From the NCBI GenBank assembly GCA_965649765.1, contig OZ287756.1, positions 42,284,001-42,348,000 of the forward strand: a stretch of 64,000 nucleotides of DNA, in the 5' to 3' direction. Below are positions 12,498 to 25,789 of the stretch, piece after piece. The position numbers were made by a program, and so were the translations under genes. Below the pieces are notes generated by a model. That model ran no database searches. It was not told where the DNA came from and saw nothing but the letters and a program-made list of their open reading frames with translations. The DNA comes from Bispira polyomma. Lineage: Eukaryota. How positions within the stretch are numbered: the stretch's first letter is position 1; each line of letters starts with the position of its first letter.

Positions 12498-13376
12498 GTG
12501 AGTAAATATTCACAACTTTGATTAGAAATACAGACCTCCTGGATCTTGGTACATGCATAGTGGCTTGGATGATGATTTAAAAAACGAAAGTCCAATATCA
12601 CTGGGTCCTATCCACAGTGGCAGGCTAAAGAATATTGGTGACGGTCATCCCCGGGCCTTTTTCTTTGGGGAAATTTGGTAATGGTGCTGGTTGGCTGATT
12701 AAAAATTAGAATATAAAATACACTATAAACAGGTTGTCAAATCCTTGTAAGTTAATTTTCATCTGATCTTATGTTTGTCAAACACCTATGCAGAATGCGT
12801 ACTGATTAATCTAACTTAGAACCTTAAATTGATTCTCAGTGCATGTATATATAGTTTATTGAATGTGATGCCACTGTGTGGGGACAATGTAGAGCCTATA
12901 TTCACCTTTCACAGCAGTAACAATAGCTATATCATGTTTCTTATGTGTTTAACGATGAATACTGAACTGAACTAAATAAGTCGTTATAAATAGGACATAG
13001 AGGAAGATGTTTGTCATAGTTCTGTATGGCCAGAAATTACAAAACAAAGACTTTGCAATGGGCGAAACAAGCATGGAAACTTCAAATGGAAAACAAATGC
13101 CCTAAAGAAATGCAAAGATTGACAGAAGAAAAACTTCCCATTAACCCTTCAGTACATCAAATATCTATTGTTCACATGTATGCTTCAGTAAACTATGTTA
13201 CATTTATTACTTTAGTGCATGGCAATTTGTACCACGAGAAAGTAGACAATAGTGAACTAAATGAGTGTCGAAAGTCACATATCAAGTGTTACTAAAAGTT
13301 GCAAAATATTAAAACCAACTTCAAATGGTTTTAATTTGGAAGTCTGCATAGCAGTTTATATATTTTCTTGAATACT

Positions 13377-13963
13377 ATGAGTGATCATATTTACCCACAG
13401 CATAATTTCAACATTAACAACAGTTCATCACTGATCTTTATTACCGATGTGGATAAAAGTTCTGAAAGTAATGACTGCAATATGCACAAACGATACTCGG
13501 CGCCCCAGCAGCTGGAGATGAATGGAGATGCAATTATGAATATAAGAGAAAATGAAAGTACTTGGAATACAAAAGGAGTGAAACACTTGGTCGCCAAAGA
13601 ACCTCAGGCAGCTAAGAGGATGACTGTGGATACAGATAGAGCAGGGTCGTGTGGTGCCACAGCTGTGGAAACTTCAGGTGTTGTAGCACCTCTTCTGACT
13701 GAAGCTGATGAATTGGTTCTAAAAGAATATGACAGTGATGATAGTGATACAGATAACAGAAGGGTATTATATGACCAAACTGAACCGATTAGGGTTGATC
13801 AAGAAAAAGAAAGAAGTGTGAATGAGGACCATGTGGAAGTTGGTGGAAAACATTTATCTCGAACAGTGGACCAGGTTGAAAGTGATGTTGATGATAAAAA
13901 GGTACAGCGCTTTCTTGAAGTGGATGTACTAAGCCTCAACCACCACAGAGTTAATAATGACAC
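13377..13963 (+). CDS. Host gene isoform A, first coding exon (acidic, probably disordered; product unknown)
   Basis: ACTATG start in a 210-codon ORF with in-frame stops upstream. Donor AC|GTATGT (phase 2) joins in frame to 14468. Confidence 0.7.
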
Positions 13964-14467
13964 GTATGTTGAGTTTCTCATATATTTAAAATTGCTTTAG
14001 TAAGAAACTGTCAGTATTTAAGGAATTACAGCATTTCCTGTATAGTCCCCCCAAATGTCTGGTTACATTGGTACATTGTCTTAGTATAAATTACCCAATA
14101 AATATTTTTTAAAACTAACCATAAGTATGGAGTCAATCACACATGTATGTAAACTCCTCACCAACGGCCTAAATTTAATTTATGGACATATAAATTAAAA
14201 AGAATTTTTTTTTCTTTCAATTCTCTGCCCAGTTTTATTCACCTTTTTATCAATGTTAAAGAGACATACTCGTAGCAAGGGCTGCTGTGGCCTAGAGGTA
14301 AGAAGCGTCTGCTTTAATATCTACCTCTGGCTATAGTTGGGTGATGCCAGCTTCTTTATTCATGTGGTTGATTTTTTTAAGGCAGGCCGGCGGCATACAT
14401 TTTAAATAGTAGTAAAAATCTGGCCGTTACAATGTGACCCAAAAATTGGACTATGTAATCCTTACAG

Positions 14468-14646
14468 GAGCAGTGACAGTGAGTGTGAACTGACCAGAAA
14501 TCACTTGGATGAATCAGGTAGTATGTACACTGTGTTTGTGGAGGGCAATACCTACATACTAAGGACACCTAGCGGCAAGAAGAAAACTTTGAGGTTAGAC
14601 CCTGAGCACAGTCAGCCAGTGAAAAGACGACAGCCAAAAAGGAATG
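14468..14646 (+). CDS. Host gene isoform A, exon 2 (SSDSECELTRNHLDESGSMYTVFVEGNTYILRTPSGKKKTLRLDPEHSQPVKRRQPKRN)
   Basis: Acceptor CCTTACAG|, open frame consistent with phase 2 in and phase 1 out, donor TG|GTATGT. Confidence 0.75.
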
Positions 14647-14689
14647 GTATGTACACATATATTGATTTAGACATACATTATTGTGAATA

Positions 14690-14900
14690 GGGAGCTGGTC
14701 TGGTGATCACAAGGACTCAGGTTCTACTCTCAGTACTAGTCGCTAGTTTTATTAGTGGGGTAACGTCCTTGGCCAAGATGTGCACACACATTTGCCTACT
14801 GGCACGGATGACCACTAAAAATGGTGGTTCTCTGTCACTGGGTCCTATCCTCAGTGGTAGACTAACGATTCTTGGGGACTTTGATAAATGATCACCCTCA
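14690..14900 (+). mobile_element. SINE family B (tRNA head + CORE-like box), degenerate; related partial copies at ~12555-12660 and ~17270-17420
   Basis: GTCCTTGGCCAAGATGTGCACAC and CGGATGACCACTAAAAATGG...CTCTGTCACTGGGTCCTATCC.CAGTGG motifs, shared with the copies at 25800 and 32715. Confidence 0.7.
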
Positions 14901-15319
14901 AGCCTCTCTCTTCAGTTAGGGGAAAGACACAAACTGAAGCAGTTGATTTCTACAGTCAGTAAAGGATAAATTAGTGCTATGAATACCAGATCATTTTAGA
15001 TATATGCACTGAGTATAAATGAAAATGCAGAATCTTCATAAGCTAACAACAGTACATGAATGTGTTAATCGACATTGTCTGAAGGCTTAAGTCTTAATTA
15101 TCTTTACCAAAGCTTTGTTGCACACGTTTTACAAATGGTATAAGACTGAATGTAATATATACTGGTGTCATATGTATTAAGGGCACATGGGTAATGCAAA
15201 TTAAATGTTCAATCTTACCTTTATTTGGATAAATATTAATATTGATTAAGTAATTTACTCAAGATAGATATGACATTCATTGCCTATATCATTTGCTTTT
15301 ACTGATCATTGATTTACAG

Positions 15320-15334
15320 CGGATGACCAATCAA
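15320..15334 (+). CDS. Candidate 15-nt symmetric microexon (ADDQS)
   Basis: TTTACAG|CGGATGACCAATCAA|GTGAGT, with branch-like TACTGAT upstream. Phase 1-1, so it preserves the frame between 14646 and 18025. Confidence 0.55.
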
Positions 15335-15580
15335 GTGAGTGCTATGTTAACATACAGTAGTACCAGTATATAACTGTAGTTAACATAAATAGAACCTAGG
15401 TATAACCTTTAGTTCACTCTATATAGGGCAGTTGTTCAATCTGATAGAAGTAGTAAAATTAGACACTATTGTATATATTGACTTTTTCATGTAGAATTAA
15501 TCACACGTGTACCTGTATTTTATAGACATAGTGAGCGAATATATTCATTTTTATTACTAGAGGAGAAAAATTGCATAGCC

Positions 15581-15768
15581 TGCGCATTATGAACATAGGG
15601 GCGAAATATGGGCAATCCAAATATTTTTTAGGTGAATGGTCAACTATTTGGTTTATAATGTATACTTGCAACATTATATCATTCATTGTTTGCCACTTTA
15701 TGCCACATTAAAGTTCTTCTTGCAAAATATTGGTATGCCCATAACGCACCCCTATGCCCATGATGCGC
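15581..15768. mobile_element. MITE-like element with imperfect inverted repeats; related remnant at ~17563-17900
   Basis: GCGCATTATGAACATAGGGGCGAAATATGGGCA pairs with the reverse complement of TGCCCATAACGCACCCCTATGCCCATGATGCGC. The TGCATTATGGG/GCCCATAATG motifs recur at 17577-17880. Confidence 0.55.
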
Positions 15769-16959
15769 TGGGTTGTAGTAAATGTGGTGGGCCAAGCCTC
15801 TTAATCCATCTCTTAATATAGTATGTGCAGAAATCAGCCAAATCATGCAATATTGGGTAGTGTTTAGTCTGTTGCCCGGTGACATGATTTTTTACTCAGA
15901 TTAATTATAAATCCATCCAGTGCAGTAGTAATTTGCCCTAACTATTGACAATGCTATACCCTTCTACAAACCATTAAACCCAATTAGATATTGTATAAAT
16001 TAGTATGATTTATACTGGAACAGGAACGGTTTTGGGGGAAATGACGATGTTCACAGGAATCATACACGTAAGGTACAGTCTTATAACAAAACTTACACAA
16101 AGGCTGTCATTTCAGTGTATTCCTGGTTTCTCTATGTGTATATATATTTTTTTAATTTTCACCCCCACTGTCTAACTGGGTACTATCAACGCTCGTGTAT
16201 TATCACCACACTGAAAATGTTTCGCGAAAGAATGGTAACACTAAACTTTCTCCTTGTTGTTTGTAGCAAATAAATATACATGTCTTAGAATACGTTAACA
16301 CCAAATTAAGCACAATTAAACGACAGAGAACTATAAATCCATAGCCTTTGGTGATAATAACTACACTGGTAATACCTTGGCTGGCAGTGATAAACAGACA
16401 ATCGTATTATTAACATACCTATGTTCATAAGGCCTGATTAGTGCACATTGTTTCAAAAAATATCACATTATAGGTAGTTACATTTTATACTGACAGTGGT
16501 TAACAGGTGTGTGCATCTATTTCTAGAAATAACTATTTCAGACAAATTTTTGGTGATCCAAACATTTATTATTAAAGCTATAATTATAATAATTTACCAA
16601 GCGGGCATCGTTGATACTTGGGCATTAATTGATGTGCCAATACTATCATTTAACAAGTTATACCTATATGAAAACGCAAATTTACTCCCAACATTTCTAG
16701 TGGTATTGTACCAGTTCACGTCCAGGATCAGTTCACGCCCACCCATATTGAAATAGTCCATATTGATTTGTATTTTAGTGTAAACACTAATGTTAGTATT
16801 GATTCATATTTTAGTTTAAACACTAATGTTAGTTTTTATACATGACAATATACTAAATTATTTCTTGTCAAAGTTGCTTATACTTTGTTTATTTGTAAAC
16901 TAATATTTAAAATCATTTACAAGACTGCCATTAACTGGTACAGTAGCACTGTCATATTG

Positions 16960-17217
16960 GGGGCCGCGGTAGCCTAGTGGTTAGCAAGCATTGCGCTTCA
17001 CAATCACTGGTCTCTCACCTCTGGGCGGCGTGAGTTCAAATCCCATCGATGCCTATGTGGGAAAGGTGGTAGTTCCTTACTGTGGGCCGCTGGTTTCTCT
17101 GCAGAACCTTGACCGACTGTATGCAGTGTTTCCTCCAGCGTTTCCAACTACCCGTCCCAATATAACCTACTAAAAGGTACTAGAATGGACGTTAAATATC
17201 CAAATTCAAATTCAAAA
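16960..17217 (+). mobile_element. SINE family A, full length, young copy with perfect TSD
   Basis: A-box TAGCCTAGTGG, B-box GAGTTCAAATCC, (CAAATT)n tail. Exact TSD AGCACTGTCATATTG at 16945-16959 and 17218-17232. Confidence 0.95.
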
Positions 17218-18024
17218 AGCACTGTCATATTGAAACATATTGAACAATAACTACCTTAGCATCAATGAGTGGGTAGCATGCTTGCAAGAAACATGGATTT
17301 CATTCCATGGGTTTGATCTCAATCTGAGGCGTCCATCTCTACAGGCTCTATCTCTACATACTGGCTCGGATGACCACTTAAAAAGGTCCTCTGTCACTGG
17401 CAGAACCTTGGTCATCATCAAGTCCCTTGTCTTCAGTTCTCGGATTCACAGTTACAGGTTGGCTAAAAAAGGTAGATTAGTGCTTGGAATCTTGGAGACA
17501 ACAGGGAAATACATAAACAATTTATATAGTATACAGAACAGAAAAAAATCCCCACAAAGCATATACTGCTACCCTGTGCATTATGGGGCAATACTGTACA
17601 TATCAAAATATTTATATTTTGACAAATGAATGTTTGCATTGCATTGCAATTTATTTAGAAATAAATGTTAAAATGTCATTCATTACTAACCACTTGCCGT
17701 AAAAACAAAATGCCATTCATTTCTAACCACTTTCCGTAAAAAATTACAAAATATAAAAAAATCTAGATATGCCCATAATGCCCCCTTCTGCCCGTAATGT
17801 ATATGATACCAGCATGCCATACAGGTATCCCTGTCAGTAACCGTCTTGAACGTTATGGACAGCGGGTGCATTATGGGCATACTAATATTTTTCAACAATA
17901 ACTTTTGGAAGAAAGCTATTTAGAAAGAAAATGACAGGTAATGAACTGTATAATGTTTGAAATATATAATATAAATAAAATACATAAACATTTTTTTAGA
18001 CTGGCTATATTATGACTTTTTTAG

Positions 18025-18122
18025 GTCGTGGGATGTCAGCCCTGCAGAGAGTCTCCGGACAGAGCCAGGAGCACCTCAAAGTGTGGCATCCTGAGGATGA
18101 ACCTGGATCTTTCTTTGCTAAG
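18025..18122 (+). CDS. Host gene isoform A, last isoform-specific exon (RGMSALQRVSGQSQEHLKVWHPEDEPGSFFAK)
   Basis: Acceptor TTTTTTAG|, phase 1 in, donor AAG|GTCAGT phase 0. GC-richer than its flanks. Confidence 0.75.
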
Positions 18123-18230
18123 GTCAGTGATGGCTATATCTTAATTAATGCTATCATCCCTCTATACCTGTACAGTATGTTACGTTGTAGGGCATTGATC
18201 TCTATTTTATAGGTCAATAAATACGGTATG

Positions 18231-18403
18231 TATGGTCTTCAAGGTAGTGTTTATTTCGTAGCAGCCATCTATCAATAAATACACAATGTATGGTTTTCAA
18301 GATAGTGTTTATTTCATAGCAGCCATCTATTAATAAATACACAATGTATGGTCTTAAAATAGTGTTTATTTCATAGCAGCCATCTATCAATAAATACACA
18401 ATG
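18231..18403 (+). repeat. 58-bp tandem repeat, 3 copies
   Basis: Unit TATGGTCTTCAAGGTAGTGTTTATTTCGTAGCAGCCATCTATCAATAAATACACAATG. Confidence 0.95.
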
Positions 18404-19595
18404 TATCTATCTATAATATTATTTACCTTGAAAACCTTTGTTGTATATATACATATATTAAATACGACTAGAATTTTATGTTGTAGTGTATAAAACTGTA
18501 ATTAAAATGTGTGGATAATATTGTTAACCTGCTTTTGTTTCAATATTAGGTAAAGACGCATTCTAAAACATACAACTTCTTCCTTTCTTATTTCTCAATG
18601 TTTTTCCTACACTGATATGATTGCTATTATTGCAGTTTAATTATGTTTAATGAAAGTTTTGGTATAACTATAAAGGAGTTTTCAGAACGTTTACTTGTTG
18701 GAATTCTACCAACACAAATAGTGCTGCATGGGTCCTTTATGAATGTGGTCTTGCACTTATGTTCGCATTATATTTTTAAGAGTGCATTATGACTTAAAAA
18801 TTAACAGCCTAGTTTTCTGCAGAATACTAAGATTAGAATGTCTGAAGTGACACACACTAGAAATTAGAGTGTGCTGTTTTGTCAATAGTATATGTATAAA
18901 ACAACGACAGCTCTATTTAACATGTATGTATCACCATTTTAATAGGATATGAAATATTAAATTTAGTGATACTTTATATTGTAATATTGGTAGAACTGGA
19001 GTGGAAGATTATTATAGAAAAAAATCGACACCGAGGCTTTAAAACTCTTCAATGGGACATCACTAATGATAAAAGGTTCTCTTTGATTTGTAAAATTTTA
19101 TGTCATATAAATGCACATGAAACGAGGGTTAGTTAATTTCATAGGTCCTGTTTTATGACTAAAGTTGTTTTATGGCCTCATCTAAAAGTAATATTTGGTA
19201 TTTTGCATAGTTTGTACTTTTGAAATATAATCAAATAATTATCTGGCCATTTGTGATAAATAGAAAATTAATTTTCAAAGGGCTGGCAAATTGTTGTATT
19301 TTTGTATTAAAACTTAATTAGCCAAAATATTTTAAATTTATTCCTGGTGGCAAACCCAATTGATACAAAATGTTAGAGAAATACTTTCATGTTTTTCCTG
19401 TTATGAAATCGTTCAGTAATGATTACTCTGGTAAGATAGTAAAAAATGCTAAGTTTATGCAGTTATTTTGGCCAATATTGGCAGAACACATCATTAACCC
19501 ACTCTAGTATATTTGTGAGGAAGTGTTATTGAATATTAAGGTGGGCTTATGCCATAGCTGTTCAGTTAAGATCTCGTGTACATTAAACTTGACAA

Positions 19596-20336
19596 TAGTA
19601 CAGCCAGCTATATGTCTAGTACAGCCAGCTATATGTCTAGTATAGTCAGCTAAATATCTAGTACAGCCAGCTATATGTCTAGTACAGCCAGCTATATGTC
19701 TAGTACAGCCAGCTATATATCTAGTACAGCCAGCTAGGGGCCGCGGTGGCCCAGTGGTTAGCAAGCATTGCGCTTCACAATCACTGGTCTCTCACCTCTG
19801 GGCGGCGTGAGTTCCTTACTGTGGGCCGCTGGTTTCTCTGCAGAACCTTGACCGACTGTATGCAGTGTTTCCTCCAGCGTTTCCAACTACCCGTCCCAAT
19901 ATAACCTACTAAAAGATACTAGAGTGGACGTTAAATATCCAAATTCAAATTCAAGTACAGCCAGCTATATGTGTAGTACAGCCAGCTATATGTCTAGTAC
20001 AGCCAGCTATATATCTAGTACAGCCAGCTTTATATCTAGTGCAGTCAGCTATATATCTAGTGGAGCCAGTTATATGTCTAGTACAGCCAGCTATATATCT
20101 AGTGCAGTCAGCTATATGTCTAGTACAGCCAGCTATATATCTAGTGGAGCCAGCTACATGTCTAGTGCAGTCAACTATATGTCTAGTACAGGCAGCTATA
20201 TATCTAGTGGAGCCAGCTATATGTCTAGTACAGCCAGCTATATATCTAGTGGAGCCAGCTATATATCTTGTGGAGCCAGCTATATATCTAGTACAGCCAG
20301 CTATATATCTAGTACAGCCAGCTATATATCTAGTAC
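19596..20336 (+). repeat. 21-bp minisatellite interrupted by a SINE
   Basis: Unit CTAGTACAGCCAGCTATATRT, about 25 copies in total. Confidence 0.97.
19737..19953 (+). mobile_element. SINE family A inserted in the minisatellite, with a 38-bp internal deletion
   Basis: Nearly identical to 16960-17217 except for the deletion. TSD AGTACAGCCAGCTA. Confidence 0.95.
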
Positions 20337-21872
20337 TAATCCAATATCTAATTGACCTTGGAATCAATAGATTTTGCAAGATTCTGTACTTAAGCATCAT
20401 ATCAATAGAGGTGTACCACTCATGGAATCTAGATAAAAGTTTTTGCGCTTTCAGATGTTCTGAAAAAAGTCAATTCCCAACAAGATGAGATAGTGGGGTT
20501 TTTTAAGTTCAAGTGAAATTGTTTTTCATTATTCGAGAAGCCAAAATGCAAGAGGCCTGTGATTTGAAAAATTGAAAAGCATACCTGCTCATGTGTTTTA
20601 AAGTTTTTCGTCCTTAGTTCACCATATAAATGTAAAAAATAAGATGAAGGACTGGGAAAGGATACCATGTTATATCACAAGAGACTGCTGTATTAACTAT
20701 GTTGCAAGTAGAAAGTGAAAAACTAAATTTTGCTTTGGGCAGTCATAAATAAGAGCTTTATATGTCACTTGTGTGTTCAAGCCTTGTATATATATGCACT
20801 GCTCATGTGTAATTTTACCTGGAACAAAATTTTTGAGAGGGTAACTGGAATTAATTATTTATTATTGATTATTTTTTTGTTCTAATATTTACTGGGATTT
20901 AATTTTCAGTCTTCACACCCCTTGACTAAAATAGCTGAAATTAATGCCTAGTGAAAATTGTCGCCAATACAGTAGATGGTATTTGGGATGTATCTGTTCT
21001 AGTGTAAAGTATACGTCTACGTAAGCTACCAGTCTCTGGTGTTTGTCATAACTCCAACTTACCAAATCACAGCTGTTTTCACACACAGGAAGACAACTCT
21101 GTTCATTTAGGTTTTCCTATTACTTGTGGCCAGAGACAGGGAAAGATAAGCCATATTGCCAGGCCTGGGGGGACAGGATAGGGTGTAAGTCCTGGCACAC
21201 AGGGAGTCTATGGACTGTAGTTATAACCAGCAATAGCAGTCCCACAGACCAGTAATTGTGAAGGGGGAGAGGGAGGTATAAGTGGCAGTATCCTCCAAAT
21301 AAAAATACTTCTGTTTTAGTAGTAGATAGTCCATGTACTGACTACTTTAAACAGTTGTTTAGGTGACCTGTTGCAAGTTTTAAGTACAAAACTGGCTAAC
21401 TTACATGTATTTACCTTCAATGTATCTCCTATGTGTGAAAATTGGGTTATAGGTGTGTTGTGAGAGTGTTCTGAGTTTAATGCATATAAGTGGGTATGAG
21501 CATGATACCCCTTGCTGGGCGGCGTGTATTGCAGTATTTTAAGTTTTTTCTTTATTGCCGCAATGGCTATGAAGATGTACGCTTACACAGAATTTCAGAC
21601 GAAATCATTGTAGTTAGCATTTTCTATCAAAGAATCTCTCTGCGACCGGCTAATCGCCATAAGCGCACAGAGATCGTTTCCTAACTCGCTATAGTGGGAG
21701 CCCCACATTAGATCTGACAAACCCAGTTAGAATTGTTGTTTCTCACCACTAAGGACAGTGGTTCAAATCCCACTGGTTCCTTGCTGAGGGAACGTGTGTC
21801 GGCTGTCACAATTATGGCCTAAAATGTTTAAAAGCTATATAAAACTCAAATAATTAAATTTAAGTACAACTA

Positions 21873-22108
21873 CAGGGGTGGACAGTTTAGCGGACAGTGG
21901 ACAGCTTAGCAGACAGTAACTTCAAATGTACACAGTTAATCCATTTAACAAGTAATCTGACCGATTTTAGATGTAAAGTCTGTCTTACTAAATAAATTAG
22001 TGTTATAAGTACTTTGTATTTTACAGATGGCTTTTTAAATGCAACAAATTTTATGTTTTAAGTTACTGTCTGCTATCGCTGTCCCGTCCGCTAAGCTGTC
22101 CACCCCTG
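21873..22108. mobile_element. Tc1/mariner-type (pogo-like) MITE, 236 bp
   Basis: ~50-bp TIRs CAGGGGTGGACAG(T/C)TTAGCGGAC...AGCAGACAGTAACTT, flanked by TA on both sides. Confidence 0.9.
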
Positions 22109-25100
22109 TATTCTCTTCTAAGAGTACAAATGGTATTTTTAGTAGATTAAGTATCTGTCTACTATAGGTACTAGTAAGGAATTGGAATTGTAGTATAAAT
22201 TAAGCTGATTTTAAAGACTGTTCTATTGCCAGACCTTGTATTGTGTCGAACTACTGTCATCTATGGAATTGTGGAGGATGCTTTCTCTTTTATCTGTAAT
22301 CCCTCTTGTTATGCATACCTAAAATATTTATAGTAGTGCTTGCCTGCTTGGGTTATAATTTTGCACAGGCATTAAAATTTGGTACACCCAAAATAAACAT
22401 ACTACTGGGCTAAGTTGTGCGATGTTTTAACTACTTTAGCTTGGCAAAATATGTCACTTTATTTTAGGCCAGCAGTATATATTTCAATTATGTTTTAGTA
22501 ACATCTATCAAACTTTGGTACTAAAGTAAAATACCTTTTGATATATAAAAAGGTATTTTTGTAATTTGTAAGAGTCATGCAATTTATACTGAATAGTATA
22601 GTAGCTGTTAGTATATGTATAGTATATTAAATATATTAACCTTTTGTATATATATGAATGTTTTGTTTATTTTCTTTAACTATTCTTGTATATATGAATT
22701 TTCTTAAATATATATCATAATTTTTATATAAATGGATGTTGCTTGTTTTTAGAATCGTTTTTGCATGCATCTATTTCGTTAAACCAAAAATAACAACAAA
22801 ATATATGCTGTGCTAAATTACTACGGGCACTGATATTGGTCAGATACTGTTTAACAGCATGATTCATGAATGACTAATAATTAGGAAATGACAAGAATTA
22901 TGCAAACAATGAATTGTTACTACTCATGAAAAATACTCTTATTTGTAACATGTATTTATCATTAGTATCATATTGTCGTCAGCTTAAATTAGTCATTGTC
23001 TAGAAAACATTCTCCATTTTACATTGATGGTGTGTGTTTTTTGGTCGGACCTCTAATGTGAGCATTAGCCACCATGTTGTACGACAAGTCCAAGATGATA
23101 GGGGGTGTAGATTTATCGATAATATTTAAGATTTACATATCTTGTTTTAACTTTGTTAATGTAATATTTGCCTTTTATTTGTGGTTACTAATTTGTCTGC
23201 TACACAGATAGAAGTTATTTTACATAAGCAAAATTAAAGAATTATTTGATGTAGAAAAACAATGTTTTAAATTGTAAAAGCTAACACACTTTTGTTACTT
23301 TTGTTATTCTTGTGTCCGGTAATGCATCATAACTGACCTAATTAGAAAGTAGGTCAATAATTTGTTGTCTTGAGCTTCTACAAGGAAATATGAAATCGTC
23401 GTTATCACTAAAACCTGGAATGACACTCAGAAGTGGAATAGACTTACAAAAGCATTTGTATCGCCAAGGACAGGGGATTTGATATGGCCCCGAAAATTTT
23501 AATTTGGTTAAAAGGCTTTATTTCAGTATCAATAGAAAGCTATTATGTACTTTGTGACAGGTTTCACCAATTTTAATTAAAATACAATGGTGATGAAGAT
23601 ATTATCATTTAATCATATCCTCAACTGTTTAAACAGCAAGTTTTTACAGAGAAGATCATTAATTAAATTCTCATTTCCTAGTAAAATATCCATAATAGAT
23701 TTACATAAAGCGGCTTTCACCTTGCTCAGACCTGCCTTTTTAAAAGGCTATTCTAATTTGTCTATACATATCTTCTTACAGACCATTTTATGCTAATGGA
23801 CTATGTGGTTGTTTACACAGAGTAAGGATATGTTTCACATATTACTTCCTTGGTTAGTATACAGTCATAGTGAATGACTAATCTTGAGTATTGTTATATT
23901 TATTTTTTCTTCAGTTATTTCTACATTTTGGGAATGACAAGACATGGTATATTAATATATAAATTCGTAAGTCAATCTAATCTAATTGGACCTATAGGTG
24001 CATTATCTTTGTATGGGGAATTCTAAGACACCAAGCCATAATCTAACGGCAATTCAGTGTCCATATAGCCAATAGGTATATCAGTGCTAGAACCTTTAAA
24101 ATGCCAGGGTTATGAAAATAAGCCTTATATAACAAGTATATATTTTAAGTGTGTACATAATTCAAGAAAGTGAAAGAGCAGACCTGTGACAAATCGTTCC
24201 ACAATGCCACCAATATATCCACAAACCTTGATATATTTGTACTGAAACTGAGTCTGGTAATGTAGCTGTATTTTATGTCACTAGACCTCTAATATGAGAA
24301 CACAAGTTTCTATAATATCTTCATATTAAATTGGCTCCAAGTATTATTACAACTGACAAACAGGGGAAGAGGCAGGATCAGAGAAATATTGGTGTTTTAA
24401 TAAATACAAATCTATATGAGTTAAAATTATGACACAGAACTGAGACCCTATTCACAAAGACTTTAAGAATGCAATTCTTATCATTTTAATAATTTCAGCC
24501 AATTAGATTCATTTAAAAACTATTTTCGGCCAATCAAATTGCTTAAGACAAACATTTAAGAAGGCCAATCTTTTTGAATACCAGCCTTAGATATAATTTT
24601 TAAATTTGGTAATTCGGCGATTACTGCATAATAGATAATCTGAATGTTTTTGTGTATGGTAATTAAAAAATTTATGGAAACGGTCACACCTGTTTGAAAT
24701 GAACTGAATGAGAAGCCTGATGTATAAAGACCATACTGATAATACAAAGTTGACTACGTGCAGAAAACAATGTTTCAGTTCTAGTTTTTAACATTATATA
24801 TTGACATATGTCTCTTTTTAGTCCAATATTTATGACAAGGGAATCAACAGGTTGACAATGTTTAATTTTTGGTAGCTATTTTAGGAATAATGGTGTTTTT
24901 TTTTTGGTATATTTGCTCTTCTTAACTGATAATCAGACACATGATATGAATACCACAATATGTTATGCAGGCCACTACTTCATGTATGTGTTTTCAATGT
25001 GAATTTAAATTTGCATGTACGAATGACATATATATTTACCAACAAATCCCAAAGAACCAATGCACTCCAAAATTGTTCTCTTGAACCACTCAATTTGTCT

Positions 25101-25789
25101 TCGTAAAATATTTTTGTATGGAATTAGTATGGAATCAGTAAAAATATCTTAAATTTTGTTTTTGGAAAAGACTCAAATCATTCCTGTAAAGCCTTTTTGT
25201 TAAATAAACCCAGGCTGCTGCTTCTACAACTTTGGCTTTGTCAATGGACTCAATGAATGAAAATGATTAACATACTTCCCACACTGTGTGGGGAGATACA
25301 TAGCAACAAAGAATAGAATAAAATTAAATTTTGTGGATTTGGCAAATGTGGAGATTATGAGGACATTAAAATGGTTGTTGACCAGACTTGATTAGGGTGT
25401 GCCTAAAACCTTAACATTATAGACAGCATTCTGTCTCCTAACCTCTCTGATCTCTTTTTGAGAGGTTGGACAAGACTTCAATGTCACCGATAGTGATCAG
25501 ATATGTCGGTCGATTTAATTAAATATGTTTCTGTGTGTCACATTTTGAAAAGATATATTCCACAAAAAACACCCAAAAACGTCTAGATATGCCGATTCTT
25601 TCTCTACTCCATGCAAAAAAAAAATTAAGTTTCGCTGACATCTTATCTTGTCTGCTGTACATTCTTGACACATGTTAATGGCTACATTGTTAGCATGGTG
25701 ATGAAAAAATAATCATCCAATGTCGGCGAGCGTTTGCCGATATATATGAAATAAAATAGGACATTTGTTATAGCACACTTATACAACAC

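Noticed and set aside
16024-16067. Possible exon CAG|GAACGG...ACAC|GTAAG (NGFGGNDDVHRNHT)
   Set aside because: At 44 nt it would break the frame between the phase-1 junctions, and the acceptor lacks a pyrimidine tract. It could be real only if there is another small exon I did not find.
19504-20488. Repetitive 7-aa-periodic ORFs (ASYISST, IAGCTRY, VQPAIYL)
   Set aside because: Artefacts of a 21-bp minisatellite. They are open in several frames on both strands, have no splice or start context, and are interrupted by a SINE.
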